Shown here: one piece after another, positions 22,747-34,900 of the stretch
Numbering within the stretch: position 1 is the first letter of the stretch
How the letters are laid out: the number at the start of each line of letters is the position of its first letter
NCBI GenBank assembly: GCA_020184695.1
Contig: JAANOX010000033.1
Coordinates: forward strand, 62,001-126,000
DNA length: 64,000 nt
Direction: 5' to 3'
From: Histomonas meleagridis 2922-C6/04-290x
Taxonomy: Eukaryota > Protista > Parabasalia
Made by a program: the position numbers and the translations under genes
Notes under the pieces: model-generated
The model's input: only the letters and a program-made list of their open reading frames with translations
Databases searched by the model: none
What the model was told of the DNA's origin: nothing

Positions 22747-23145
22747 CTAACAGTTTTTTTTGTGTTTTTTATAAAATGTAATTTTCATGTTTATATTTCT
22801 TGAAACAATATATTCGTAACAATAAAGTAACACCACACGTATTTGTGTAAATCAAATTATATTTAACAATTCAATTTCTCATTAATCATCAAATTAGTTA
22901 CATCAAAAATTTAATGTATAAAACCAAGATTTCAACCACTGATTTACAAAAAAACATGGTTTGGGTAACATGAAATGTTCACTTTTTATGGATATCATTA
23001 AATGCATAATGAATGTAAGTATGAAAATCAATATCAATTGAATTATACATATTACTGGCATCACAGGAAAACATAATTGGTAGTGGATTAAAAGTTGTTG
23101 GTTTTTAAAATCGAAAAACATATTACAATTTTTGGTTGGCTTCAT

Positions 23146-23706
23146 TTACTTAATGTAAGTTGCCTTGCAAAGTTGTTCCTTTTGGCCAACTTTTGACCTG
23201 TCTCTTGACTTTCCAATAGCAACAGCCATACGTAACTTTCCTTCCCCAATTCCTAAGTATTGTTCAAGGCCTTTCGTATTTCCCCAAAGCAATGAACCAA
23301 GGCATAAAGTATCTAAACCAAAAACACGAACAGAAGCCATGATGGACATACTGATAATTCCTGCATCGATATCCTTGAAAAGTGGATCAGTAGCTCTTTC
23401 GTTTTCCACTAAGAAGATAACACATGTAGCATCGCCAGTGATCACGTTTTTGCATCCATATTCTTGAATTCTTTTGTTAAAGCTATCTTGCATGTTTTTA
23501 TCCCATGAATCAAAAATAATTTTTGTTGCTTCATCAATCTTTTGCTTGTTTGTAACCACAAGTAAGTCAATGTCTTGATAATTACAAGCAGTTGGGGAAG
23601 AGAGTACAACTTCAATGATTTTTTGAAGATCTTCTTCAGGTATTTCATAATTTACATCAAAGTTGCGGTAACTCCTTCTTGATTTAATTGCTTCAAGAAC
23701 GTCCAT
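23146..23706 (-). CDS. Nitroreductase family protein
   Basis: MDVLEAIKSRRSYRNF, SPTACNYQ, DAGI..MSIM, GLDTLCLG and AVAIGK are FMN-binding nitroreductase motifs. Confidence 0.92.
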   Translation of the reverse strand: MDVLEAIKSRRSYRNFDVNYEIPEEDLQKIIEVVLSSPTACNYQDIDLLVVTNKQKIDEATKIIFDSWDKNMQDSFNKRIQEYGCKNVITGDATCVIFLVENERATDPLFKDIDAGIISMSIMASVRVFGLDTLCLGSLLWGNTKGLEQYLGIGEGKLRMAVAIGKSRDRSKVGQKEQLCKATYIK

Positions 23707-24099
23707 GAATAAAAATGAAGAAACAATAAATCACATCACTTATGTGGGAAAAATATCGCAACTTATCAATTCCACTTCACAACGATAACTATTCAAAATT
23801 TCCAAAGAAACACAGAAATTTGATAATCCATACGTTCAAATTCGTTGTATTTTTATTAAAAAGTTGTTTTTTACTGAAAAAGTTGATCATGTCATGACGT
23901 TATTGGTTATAACCAGGGTGGAAATTAAGAGTTGAAGATTTAACCATCTAGATTGTTGTTAATGCATTTTTAAAAAACACTTCATTTTTGAGATTAATTT
24001 AATTTTTTTTTGTTCTTTCGGATTTCTCAATACAAAATTTAATTTAATAACTGTTTTTTTTTGTACTATATTCTTAACACATATATTTCATACATATAG

Positions 24100-24357
24100 T
24101 ATCGAAGATGGATTATATATTATTTACAATTCTAATGTATTTGAAGAAGCAACCAAAAACAAAGATAATATAACACACATTATCATCAGAGACAATGTTA
24201 GTATAATTCCATCGCATGCATTTGCTGAAAGAAATATATTATTATTATCAGTTAAATTTGGGAATAATGTAGTTGTAATTATTCTTTTGCATAAATTTAT
24301 GATTGGGGAAAATATAACAACAATTGGAAATTCTGCATTTGAATTTTGTTCTTCATA
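24100..24357 (+). pseudogene. BspA-like (TpLRR) fragment
   Basis: NITHIIIRDNVSIIPSHAF, then a frameshift, then IGENITTIGNSAFEFCSS followed by a stop. Confidence 0.7.
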
Positions 24358-24568
24358 AATTTCATCATCATAATATTTTATAACAAAAAATTTTTACTGA
24401 AAAAATTTTTGCTAATTGAAGTGCGTTATTCCAAATTTAACATATTTCATTCTAAAAAATTTCTGATTTAACAATAACATTTTCTGTGTTTAAACTTTTA
24501 GATAAAGAGTATGTTTAATATCAAATTTGGTGAATATGAAATGTTGAGACTTTTCTTCCATTTTCATT

Positions 24569-26902
24569 TTACTTTCGATTCTTTTGCTTTCCTTTCGCGC
24601 TCTTTTTAGGCACTTTCCTTATTTTTCCTTTTCGCACAGATCCCTTACGTTGTGTCTTTGGAGATGCTTCGGCAGGTTTCTCGACTTGTGCTTCTTCAAC
24701 TTTTTCTTTCTCATTCGACAATTGATCAGAAGGTTTCTTCTCTTCAACATTTTGTTCTTCGTCATGTTTTTCCTTATCGTCAGAATTATTATCAGATGTT
24801 TCATTATCTTTTTCTGATTTTTCTTTTTCTTCTTCATTTTGTTTAATTACTTTATCTTTCTTTTGCTTTTTGTGTTCTTTTTTGGGTTTTCCTTTTGTCT
24901 TTTTGGGCGCTTCTTCTTCAGGTATAACTTCTTCTTTGATTTCTTCAGATGATTTTTCTTTTTCTTCTTCATTTTGTTTCACTGTTTTGTCTTTCTTTTG
25001 CTTTTTGTGTTCTTTTTGTGACTTTTTGGGTTTTCCTTTTGTCTTTTTTTTAGGTGATTCTTCAACAGGAGCAACGACTTCTTTCTCTTCTTCTTTAATT
25101 TCTTCAGAAGATTTTTCTTCTTTGTTTTGTTGTTCTTCAGTAATTTTTGCATTTTCTTCTTCTTTTGATTCTTCGCTTTGTTTCGTTTCTTTGTCTTTCT
25201 TTTGCTTCCTGCGCTCCTTTGGTGACTTTTTAGGTTTTCCTTTAGCCTTTTTAGGTGTATCATCAGCAACAGGAACGTCTTTGCTTTCTTCTGATTGTTT
25301 CTCTTTTTCTTCTTCATTCGATTTCTCTTTCTCCTCTTCATGAATCTTTTCTTCATTCGATTTCTCTTTCTCCTCTTCATGAATCTTTTCTTCATTCGAT
25401 TTCTCTTTCTCTTCTTCATGAATCTTTTCTTCATTCGATTTCTCTTTCTCTTCTTCATGAATCTTTTCTTCATTCGATTTCTCTTTCTCCTCTTCATGAA
25501 TCTTTTCTTCATTCGATTTCTCTTTCTCTTCTTCATGAATCTTTTCTTCATTCGATTTCTCTTTCTCCTCTTCATGAATCTTTTCTTCATTCGATTTCTC
25601 TTTCTCTTCTTCATGAATCTTTTCTTCATTCGATTTCTCTTTCTCTTCTTCATGAATCTTTTCTTCAGTTGATTTCTCTTTCTCTTCTTCATTTGATTTC
25701 TCTTTCTCTTCTTCATGAATCTTTTCTTCATTCGATTTCTCTTTCTCTTCTTCATGAATCTTTTCTTCAGTTGATTTCTCTTTCTCTTCTTCATTTGATT
25801 TCTCTTTCTCTTCTTCATTTGATTTCTCTTTCTCTTCTTCATGAATCTTTTCTTCATTTGATTTCTCTTTTTCTTCTGCCGATTTCTCTTTTCCGTCTTC
25901 TTCTTCTTTATTATTATGATCAGAGGATTCTTTATCACTTTTCTCTTCGCCAAATGATTTGTCTTCCTCTGACCTTTCCTTCTTTTCTTCGGAGTTTTCA
26001 TCAGAAGAATCAGATGACGCAAAGAGTTTTTTGTTCTTTGGTTCCAAGTTCTCTGCTGATGAAATCAAATCGCGAATTGACCGAGATCCCATGCTGCCGT
26101 CGTCGAGGTCTTCAAATGTAAATTGTGGCTCTTCTTCTTTTGGAGGTTCGTCCGATTCTGATGTATCTGATTTCGATGGTTGAAGTACAATTTTAGCTCT
26201 TCTGCCGCCCCTGTGGTTTTGGTAGTCAAAATCTAATGGATGTGGACTTTGTGCTTCATCAAGTGGAAGTAATCCTCGATCTGCTTGAATTTTGATCTCC
26301 GAAAGAAGACGTGTATACCCATTATAAACATCTTTGTATACATCTTTCTTGTTTTGGTCAAACATTGAAACAGATGAAACAAATTCATTGTGGAAATTTT
26401 GATATTGAAATTCTAAACTTTGAACTAATCGTTGTTGACGTTGAGCTTTCCTTGATTTACCTAAACGATCTAAGGTTTCTTGTTCTTTCTTAAGCATTAC
26501 TCTGAACTTTTGTCGGTTTTCTTTTAGTTCACTAAAATGTTCGAGAATGAGCTGAATTTCATTAAGTGGATTTAATAAGTAAGGTGGTATTTGTCCTTCT
26601 TTCATCCAGTCATAGCTATAGGCTTCTCGACTTTCATTTTTCATGTTAGGGTTGAAAATGTCAAATAATACATTTCTGGTATTTTCTTGAGGCTCAATGA
26701 TTGGTGCTATTTTAGCGCAGAATACTTGAAGCGATTTTATTAGATTATCGTGTAGTTGTTTTGCTTCTTTGTAACGATCATAAGCAACGATGAAATCTGT
26801 TTCTTCGCCTTTTCGAGTCTTCTCTGCAAAAAGGCTTGACTCTATTTTTGCAATTCTTACAGACATTGTATGTCTTGTTCTCCTCATAGGGGATCCTTCC
26901 AT
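24569..26902 (-). CDS. Hypothetical protein: BAR-like helical N-terminus plus very long Glu/Lys-rich repetitive tail
   Basis: 777-aa ORF; about 210-aa helical N-terminus (BAR call tentative), then low-complexity sequence with a tandem array. Confidence 0.8.
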   Translation of the reverse strand: MEGSPMRRTRHTMSVRIAKIESSLFAEKTRKGEETDFIVAYDRYKEAKQLHDNLIKSLQVFCAKIAPIIEPQENTRNVLFDIFNPNMKNESREAYSYDWMKEGQIPPYLLNPLNEIQLILEHFSELKENRQKFRVMLKKEQETLDRLGKSRKAQRQQRLVQSLEFQYQNFHNEFVSSVSMFDQNKKDVYKDVYNGYTRLLSEIKIQADRGLLPLDEAQSPHPLDFDYQNHRGGRRAKIVLQPSKSDTSESDEPPKEEEPQFTFEDLDDGSMGSRSIRDLISSAENLEPKNKKLFASSDSSDENSEEKKERSEEDKSFGEEKSDKESSDHNNKEEEDGKEKSAEEKEKSNEEKIHEEEKEKSNEEEKEKSNEEEKEKSTEEKIHEEEKEKSNEEKIHEEEKEKSNEEEKEKSTEEKIHEEEKEKSNEEKIHEEEKEKSNEEKIHEEEKEKSNEEKIHEEEKEKSNEEKIHEEEKEKSNEEKIHEEEKEKSNEEKIHEEEKEKSNEEKIHEEEKEKSNEEKIHEEEKEKSNEEEKEKQSEESKDVPVADDTPKKAKGKPKKSPKERRKQKKDKETKQSEESKEEENAKITEEQQNKEEKSSEEIKEEEKEVVAPVEESPKKKTKGKPKKSQKEHKKQKKDKTVKQNEEEKEKSSEEIKEEVIPEEEAPKKTKGKPKKEHKKQKKDKVIKQNEEEKEKSEKDNETSDNNSDDKEKHDEEQNVEEKKPSDQLSNEKEKVEEAQVEKPAEASPKTQRKGSVRKGKIRKVPKKSAKGKQKNRK
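25298..25880 (-). repeat. Coding tandem array of 39-nt (EEKEKSNEEKIHE) and 24-nt (EEKEKSNE) units
   Basis: 12 KIH-containing units counted, nine of them spaced exactly 39 nt apart, with interspersed 24-nt truncated units. Confidence 0.95.
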
Positions 26903-27652
26903 TGCACGTTGTACAAAAATGGGCCATATTCAAAAATTGAGTTAACTTATGACTTTATATACTTTACAAAGGTCAGGTGATGTCTTCTGAAAAATTTTAT
27001 GAGAGTCAATAATTCTGGGGAATGTCTTTTATTCGTCTTTATTCCGAGACCTTTAAAGTCTCAATTTCAAAACCAATACATTCACTAAAGATTTGTTTTT
27101 TTAAAAAAAAAATAGTTTAAAAGACAAAGATCTTTTTATTCATAATAGCAAAAGCCATAATTTATCTACCACTTTATATAGAAAATGTTACACAGGACCT
27201 ATCAAAAAAAGGTTATTGAAAATTGGTATCTTTTGGTTCAAAAGACGATCAAGTTTTAATGTTTTTTCTGAGTTAAATAATCTTAGGCACCATAGAAAAA
27301 TGGATTTGTATGCATAAAAAAACCACAAAAAAGTGAATTTTGTCCAGAAAACTGATGTTGTCACAGTAGCATTTTCGCCAACCAAGTCTTTTCTTTACCT
27401 TTTCTTGTTTTATTGTTTCTTATCATTTTTGATTATCCTTTTTTTTTTAATTTATTATTCGACTTCATTACTTCTCAACTTTTTCCATTATTCATCGATC
27501 AAGTTCTAAATGAGTTAATAAAATACAAAAAGAGAGAACATCCAAGATAATCTACACATCATATAATGTTGCTGATTTACATTGGGAAAAAAACGAAAAA
27601 AAATTTTTTATACCTTTTTATTTCTGTTGCCCAAAAACACTTTATTGTGGCC

Positions 27653-29821
27653 ATGGAATGGAACCCATTGCCAAAAACAGATCTTTGATATTCATTCGTT
27701 TTTTTCTTTCTGCCCATTCACCCCAACAACCGTTATAATTTGTGGGGCATTGAAATTTCCTCAGAAATTAATTTCATTTTTTTTGACCAACATAACAAAT
27801 TGGAGGACAGGGTACTTCAGGACCTATATCAACATGCTTCAAAATTAAACAGCCAAACGAATTGGTTTGATGCTGCGATTAATCAAAAGGCAATTGATGA
27901 ATCAAATTCCTTTCGTAAAGTTTATTCGGACCTTATAGTAAACCTTCTGGTTTCAGCTTATATCACAGCAAATTTTTTGTATAAACAAAATGGTTTTCAA
28001 AAACAAGTTCCATATACAAAAATTTTTAACTTTTACTTAAATCCAAATAAAACTCAAGACTTTAAAGACGAGGTTCACATCTATTCATTTTTGATTGAAG
28101 ATGCAATCAAAAATATGTTATTTTATGGGTCAAAAAAATTAGGCCAATTTACTGGCAGCATAGTCAACCATTTTTCTACTAAGGCAAGCGCACTAATTTT
28201 GTTTGCTCATGTTACATTTCCTTCTCTTTTTTCTTTTTATACATTTCCTGATACAATTGTTTATGCGGTATGTATTTTAAAGTTATTGTTACCACTTAAT
28301 TGTCCAAACATATCATGTCATTTTATTTCTTCATTTTATGAATCATATCCCAATTTCTTGGTTTCATTATTCAATAAGTATGATGAACTTACGTTTAAAC
28401 TTGATAAAAGACAAACGCCAATAACATGTTTCCACAATCTCATTTTAGCTATTGAACATGCTAGTAATTTTCTTACAGATGAACACTTTTCAATTGCAAA
28501 AAATTGTTATGCTCAGGGTAAAGATTTTTTTGCCAAAGTTTTTATCAAAACCCTAATGATACCACAACTAAAGATACGAAATTATAATCAAATATTAATT
28601 GATTCTTTAAACTTTATTTCAACAAACGCAAAAGCTCCATCGTTTGTCAAATTTTGTAAAGCCTTTACAACGCCTCACTTCACACGACCAACTAATATCT
28701 CAATTTACGGCGGTTATTGTTTTTTTCATCAACACATGGAAATTCAATCAACATTAAATTGGGTACCATTTTATGCCACAGCATATGAAATACTTTTATT
28801 ATATAAAATTATATTACCATTTTCGGATCCATGTTATTTAGAACAATATGAATATCCATTTAATGAAATACAAAGTAGAGGCTTAATGGATACAATCTAT
28901 CTTATGCGAATATATCCACGAATAGTATCAAAAAATAAAAAATACGTATTAAAGGATATGTATAAAAACGGATTTTTATTTCCTCAAGAGTATATTTCCA
29001 AAAACGTAATTAAGGACGAATATTTCAAAATAAATTTTGATTATTTCCTTCTTCAAGCAACGAAAGAAATTAATAATCCCGTCGAATATTTCCATAATTT
29101 ATTTTCGATTCAAGACATCGCAAAGAATAACAAAAATTTCCAAATTTATACGTGGAATAAGATAATCAAACGATACATAAAGAAATTTAATGATTACGAT
29201 GTATTACTATCGTTAATTGATTGTAAACATTCAATTTCTAATCAAATCGAAGCAGCAAAAGAAAACATATTGGAATTAATGTCTTATGTCTCTAAAGCAT
29301 GGAATGAATCAGATAATGAAATCCAAAAGTTAATAAATTTTTGGAAAATTTTAAATAATTCGGATGAAATACCTCTACATATTATTTTTAATGAATTAGC
29401 AAATAATTTCGTAAATGTGAATCCTTCGAATAATAATAATAAACTTCATGAAAATGAAATAAAGAAATTACAAATTTATATGAAATCGATTTTATTAACA
29501 AATAATAAAAAAATTATTATAACGAAAATTCCAAAATTTTTTATAGCACTTAAAAAAAGATTTCATAACTTAAGTAATGACGAATTGGATAACGCATTGT
29601 ATAACTCTATTGTTACAATTGTAAACGATTGTAAAATCGAATTCATAAAATATTTTTGTTATTATTTTAAATACATATTTGGAATGGTTGAAAATATTAT
29701 TATACCAAACGAAATAAGTATTAATTGGGTGAATATTTTCAATTTGATAACAAAATTTGTTTTCGCAACAAATAAATTAATAATGAAAAACTTTAGTTTG
29801 TACCTGGTTGAGCCTACTTGA
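27653..29821 (+). CDS. Hypothetical protein, paralog of the <1..1938 gene; in-frame TGA near the N-terminus
   Basis: Long ORF from 27689/27740; the only nearby upstream in-frame ATG (27653, MEWNPLPKTDL) is cut off by TGA at 27686-27688. Start uncertain. Confidence 0.7.
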
Positions 29822-30157
29822 TTTTGTATTATATATACAAAAAAAAAAAAAAAACAAAAAAATTATATAATTTTATAAAAAATAGTTTATGTTTAATTGT
29901 TTTTATATATATATAATTTTTTTTTTTTGATTTTTGTTGTTTTCTGACATAAATATAAAACATAGTTTTGATACGAAATATATAATTTTTAATAATAAGT
30001 TGATTGAGGAATTCCTTTACATATATTAAACAAAAGAGAGTGAGAAATAAAATTCAAAGGAAAATCCAAAAATATATACAAAAATGTTTCGCTTAGGTGA
30101 ATATTTATATAAAAAAATTGATTTAACCATTTAATTACATTCTCCCACATACATTTA

Positions 30158-31702
30158 TCATGTCACCGACAAACCCATTACTTGTAATATTCGTTCAGCG
30201 AAATCGACGAATTGTGTTTCTATTCCTTTGTGCATTCTAACCTTAACACTAATTTTATTTTCGGATATATATTCACCGATTACACTTCCGTAAAACGTTG
30301 CGTCGTTTGTCCGTACGTACATTGTAATTCGATTTGGATGAAACCATTGAAGTCCGCAGTCATCAGCTGCCTCTTGCACGCCGCACATTACATGCCAAAT
30401 GGTACGTCCGCTAATTTCGATGTTTCGTTCGAGAATTATCGACGTGACATTTGTGGACTCATAGTCCCAACTTGGATGTGACGCAAATGAATTCGCATCA
30501 AATGACGCTGAATTAGTATTTGCGTTAGTTGGATGAAATGGCGTGGGTTCATGTTGTGTAGGGTTTATTATGAAGGAATTGGAGTCAAAATGTGCACTAT
30601 GTTCATGTGACGTGGAAAATTCGTCCCATGGTAATTGATCAAGATCATAATTCGAGGTAAGCATGTGAACAAATACTTTGGCCATGGTGTTATCTGTGCT
30701 TTCGAGATCGGATTTAAGCTCATTGATGTTGGAAAAGCCGATTTGGGTTAACACTGAAATTATATTTGGTGACAATTCTGACATATTAATCGCATTAGAA
30801 ACGGACGTGAAGGGAATGGGTGAAGGAAGAATATAATTGGTTGGAAGATTTCGTCGGAAACAAGGATGTTGTTTAATTTCATTGATGGTAATTCTTTTAG
30901 CAGGATCAACTGTAAGCATCTTGTAAATAAGATCTTGGACATCAGGAGGGAATGGAGGCATAGTAAACTTGCCTCTTTTGACTTTTGCTAATACAATTTT
31001 GGTTGATGTATCATCAAATGGTAAATATCCCTATGTGTTAGTTTCGAAACAATCTTACTGGACAAAGCATCCAGTAAGGAAAAAACATACTGCAAGAAGA
31101 GCATATAAAATTACTCCAAGACTCCAAATGTCAGCTTTACGCCCATCGTACGGGGTGCCCTTAATAACCTCCGGAGCGGCGTAATGGGGTGACCCGCATG
31201 ATGTTTCTGTGATGTTATGTTTAACCCATCGCGCGAATCCAAAATCTGCGACTTTAATTTGGTTGTTCGAATCAAGTAGAATGTTTTCTGGTTTAAGATC
31301 ACGATGACATATCCCATGCCAATGAAGATACTCAATTGCTAAAACAATTTGTCGGAAAAAGTCCATGGCTAACTCAACAGAAAGCTTTTTCTTCCTGACT
31401 AGGAAATTAAACAATTCTCCATTTTGTGCATATTCCATTACAATGTATAAATGTCGTTGGCTTTCAAGAACATATATAAATTGTAAAATATTTGGATGCT
31501 GAACAGCTCTCATTAAAGCTATTTCTCTTTGTACTTTTATTTGTTGGCTTGGATTTTGAGAGAAAATAGATTTTGAAATAATTTTAATAGCATAAATTTT
31601 CCCTGTGTCTTTATGCTTTGCAAGACGAACCTTTCCTGTTGTCCCCTCACCTAAAAGATCTGTTAAAATGTATGATCCAACAACTGTTGTTTTTTGTGCC
31701 AT
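30158..31702 (-). CDS. CAMK-group Ser/Thr kinase (AMPK/BRSK-like); exons 31702-31091 and 31030-30158
   Basis: LGEGTTGKV, AIK, HRDLKPEN, DFG, CGSPHYAAPE. Removing the 60-nt intron joins LYALLA to GYLPFDD in frame and merges two track ORFs. Confidence 0.95.
31031..31090 (-). other. Canonical parabasalid spliceosomal intron, 60 nt, phase 0
   Basis: Minus strand begins GTATGT and ends ACTAACACATAG (branch point fused to 3' site, as in trichomonad introns); contains an in-frame TAA. Confidence 0.95.
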
Positions 31703-31730
31703 CGTTTGAAAATTTGCATCTATTAATTGA

Positions 31731-31952
31731 AAACAAAGTAAACCTCAGAATTCCTCAATCGGACATGTTATTAATGAGCCAACAGCAGCAGCTATAGCGT
31801 ATGGACACAAGCAACAGCTTACAGGAACACATCACATATTAACATATGATCTTGGTGGAGGTACATTTGTTGTATCTATTGTTCGAATTCAAAAAAATGA
31901 ATATAAAGTCATTGCGAAAGGTGGTAATACACATTTAGGCGGACGTGATTAA
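31731..31952 (+). pseudogene. Hsp70/DnaK ATPase-domain fragment
   Basis: Reads [13 protein letters not shown]...[16 protein letters not shown]...[14 protein letters not shown] then a stop; no start codon; bounded by stops. Confidence 0.9.
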
Positions 31953-32527
31953 AAATGTAATAGAATCAATACAAAATATTGCCAAAACGATTCATAACGA
32001 CCTGGATGTTGCTCATGAAATGGTACTTTAATTAACATTTGACGAATTTCAATGATTTTCTTTTGATTTAAATCTTTAATAATGTTTAATTTTGTTGTGT
32101 GGGTATCTTTTTTCAAACTTTTTTCAAGAACTGATAATAAAACAGGTAAAACATCATCGCCTTTTTTGAAAGCAGAAAATGGAAATGAATTAATATCATA
32201 TGGTAGAATTTTAGCAACTGGAAGTTTAACAGTTGTTTTATCAAAATCAAGTAATGTTTGAAATATTGGTTCTAAAATAGAAATAGGCAACAACGGAACA
32301 ACATTCAAAAATTGACTTAAAACCCATGAATGTTCTTGAACATTATTGAAACATTCATGAATTGCAGAAATTTCTTCCTCTGATGGATGCTTTCTAAGCT
32401 TTACTAATATATCATATTGTATTTGGGTTATGCCAAGAACAGAAATTAATACAGATTTTGGCATTTTTGATAATTGTTCGCATGTAAAAGAGAATAATTC
32501 ACTAGGAATAGAACCATTTAATTCCAA
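31949..32527 (-). CDS. Hypothetical protein or gene fragment
   Basis: Stop-free about 190 aa with protein-like composition, but the track start is TTG and no ATG precedes it in frame; may be 5'-degenerate. Confidence 0.45.
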   Translation of the reverse strand: MELNGSIPSELFSFTCEQLSKMPKSVLISVLGITQIQYDILVKLRKHPSEEEISAIHECFNNVQEHSWVLSQFLNVVPLLPISILEPIFQTLLDFDKTTVKLPVAKILPYDINSFPFSAFKKGDDVLPVLLSVLEKSLKKDTHTTKLNIIKDLNQKKIIEIRQMLIKVPFHEQHPGRYESFWQYFVLILLHF

Positions 32528-32769
32528 AATAGCTTGAAGAATATTAAAAAAGTTGTAGTGAATTTTATATTTGAACTAGAAAAAGTTCATATTAGAATCA
32601 TGTTTTTAAGCTTAAACAGTGTTTCAACTTTAAGGAATGATGATTTAACAAAATGAATCTAGTTTATGCTGTTTCTTCAAGTGGGTTTAGAGTAAATGGA
32701 TGAGTAAAGTAAATTAAGAAAACTAAGGGTCGATAATATTTATAAAATCAAACAAATCCAAAAAATTAT

Positions 32770-33951
32770 TTACACATTATTTAATGCATCCAATGTTGCC
32801 TCCTCATCGAAATTATTTGCTTCATAAGCGTCCACGACGTCCACCGGATCGAATCCGAGCGCAATCAATCTTGTGATTGCATTTCTTTGTTCCCTATCAT
32901 ATCTGCGAGATAATATTGTTTCAATAGCTGATTGTCCCGTATTAATATGTGTTGGGATCGAAACATTATTCCCACGTTGCTCAGAATAAACTCCAACCAT
33001 TGTAAGAAATGGAATTATGTTATTCTCCATAGACTCGAACAACGCATGATCAATGTTATTGATGCACCGCAATATAAAAGCTATGGACTGCGGCGGATTT
33101 TCCATTATGAACTCCCTCAATGCTCTGGATGAAGGATGTTCTTCATATGAATCATTCCGTGATGCAAATAGCTCAGGTGGACGCGGATATGGCGCTTCGA
33201 GTGAGCGGCGGCGACGCTGACGCTGCTGTTGCTGACGCTGTTGTGGTCGCGCTGGAGAAGAACGCGGCGGATCGGGAAGAGGAGGAACATTACCCGAAGC
33301 AAGCATGTCAGCAGCGAGCTCGAGGTTGTTTTGGGAGGCAACAAGCGCGCGCTCGACAAGTGAAGGAGAAAAGCCAACGTCAATGAGCGTATTGAAGTTC
33401 TGCGCATAGAGTTCGGGATGAGGAACGGGAAAAGGAGGAGTAACGGACTGATTGGCTGTTGGTGCCTGTTCGTTTTGACCAGAATTTGATTGTGGCTGTT
33501 GATTTTGTGCGTCTTGAGGTTGTGGTGCTTGATTTGGATTTGCACTTTGTGCTTGATTTGTATTTGGAACTTGAGCTGCCTGATTTGATGGATGTTCTTG
33601 TGTTGTTTGGTTTGCACTTTGTTGATTTGGATTTTGTGGCGTTTGATTAGGATTTTGTGGATTTTGTGTTGTTTGGTTTGAACTTTGTTGACTTGGATTT
33701 GATGGCGTTTGATTAGAATTTTGTGGATTTTGCCGCGTTGCTTTAACAATGATGAAGTCATCTGGTTTATAATTTATATCATTTATTAGTTGGTTATCTT
33801 GAAGTATTTTTCCTGCATAGATAAGGCTTACCGTGTGTCCATCCAATTTGAAACGAGAAATAATTTTTGGGATAATGTCTTTGACTGTTTTGGATGGATC
33901 AATATCTAAAACTACTTGCTTTCCAGATAAAGAACGAAAGCAAATAATCAT
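32770..33951 (-). CDS. RAD23: Rad23-like UBL-UBA proteasome shuttle factor
   Basis: N-terminal UBL (LIYAGKILQD), Q/N/P-rich linker, UBA LIDVGFSPSLVERALVASQNNLELAADML, C-terminal UBA AITRLIALGFDPVDVVDAY. Confidence 0.8.
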   Translation of the reverse strand: MIICFRSLSGKQVVLDIDPSKTVKDIIPKIISRFKLDGHTVSLIYAGKILQDNQLINDINYKPDDFIIVKATRQNPQNSNQTPSNPSQQSSNQTTQNPQNPNQTPQNPNQQSANQTTQEHPSNQAAQVPNTNQAQSANPNQAPQPQDAQNQQPQSNSGQNEQAPTANQSVTPPFPVPHPELYAQNFNTLIDVGFSPSLVERALVASQNNLELAADMLASGNVPPLPDPPRSSPARPQQRQQQQRQRRRRSLEAPYPRPPELFASRNDSYEEHPSSRALREFIMENPPQSIAFILRCINNIDHALFESMENNIIPFLTMVGVYSEQRGNNVSIPTHINTGQSAIETILSRRYDREQRNAITRLIALGFDPVDVVDAYEANNFDEEATLDALNNV

Positions 33952-34194
33952 TTTATTTTTTTATAACTTTATGCAAAATTGCCAATAAGGAAAAGAAAAA
34001 GAAACAAAAACAAGATTTAATCACTTACATAATATTTAAAAATGAATCAAATTTGAAATTAACTATTAGAAATCTTAATATAATTTATTTGATTACAAAA
34101 ATCTGATGAATTCATAATTTAATTATAATATTAAATTAACAACTTAAATCCGCAAAAAAACAATAAAATTTAAGAATATAATCCATAAAAATAT

Positions 34195-34581
34195 TTATTC
34201 AGCATTGAATTTAGCAACAGCTTTACCACCTTCAGAGACAGCGTGTTTAGCAAGGTCTCCTGGAAGAACGAGGCGAACAGCTGTTTGAATTTCACGAGAG
34301 CCGAGTGTGTTACGGTCATTCATATCAACGAGTCTAGCACCTTCTCTTGCAATCCGTTCGAAAATGTCAGTAACGAAGTTATTCATAACTAACATAGCTT
34401 TATTAGAAATTCCAATATCTGGATGAACTTGTTTAAGAACTTTAAAAATGTAAGATGAAAAAGACTCGTTTCTTTTCTTATGACGTTGTTTCTTTTCTTT
34501 TTCATTTTCTGTTGGTGTTTCACCTTCAACAGCAGGTTTCTTTTCTGTTGGCGTTTTTGAAGCAGGTTTTTTGGTTGACAT
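34195..34581 (-). CDS. H2B: Histone H2B
   Basis: [25 protein letters not shown]...[23 protein letters not shown]. Confidence 0.98.
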   Translation of the reverse strand: MSTKKPASKTPTEKKPAVEGETPTENEKEKKQRHKKRNESFSSYIFKVLKQVHPDIGISNKAMLVMNNFVTDIFERIAREGARLVDMNDRNTLGSREIQTAVRLVLPGDLAKHAVSEGGKAVAKFNAE

Positions 34582-34900
34582 TTAATAAAATGAACATTAA
34601 AATGTTGTTTAAAACAAAAAAAAAATTTGAAAGGCGACATTAAAATGTCATTTTAGGTAACAATTATTTAAATTCACAAATTTAAAAGGAAATAAAAGTC
34701 ATTTTAATCCTATAATTTTTAAAATGATAAATTGAAATGAAAGTTCACAAAAAAGTTGACATTATAGACCTATTAAATTTAAAAGGATATTCAAAATATT
34801 TTACCGGGATTATTTAATGTCATTTTACACCTTATTTTTTTATATGAATGAAATGAGGCATAATTTTAAATGATGATGTAATTTTATAATTTTTTTATAT

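Noticed and set aside
24584-26183. Long overlapping ORFs such as 24979..26022, 25255..26121, 24870..25343
   Set aside because: Shadow frames of the stop-poor tandem repeat in the 777-aa gene.
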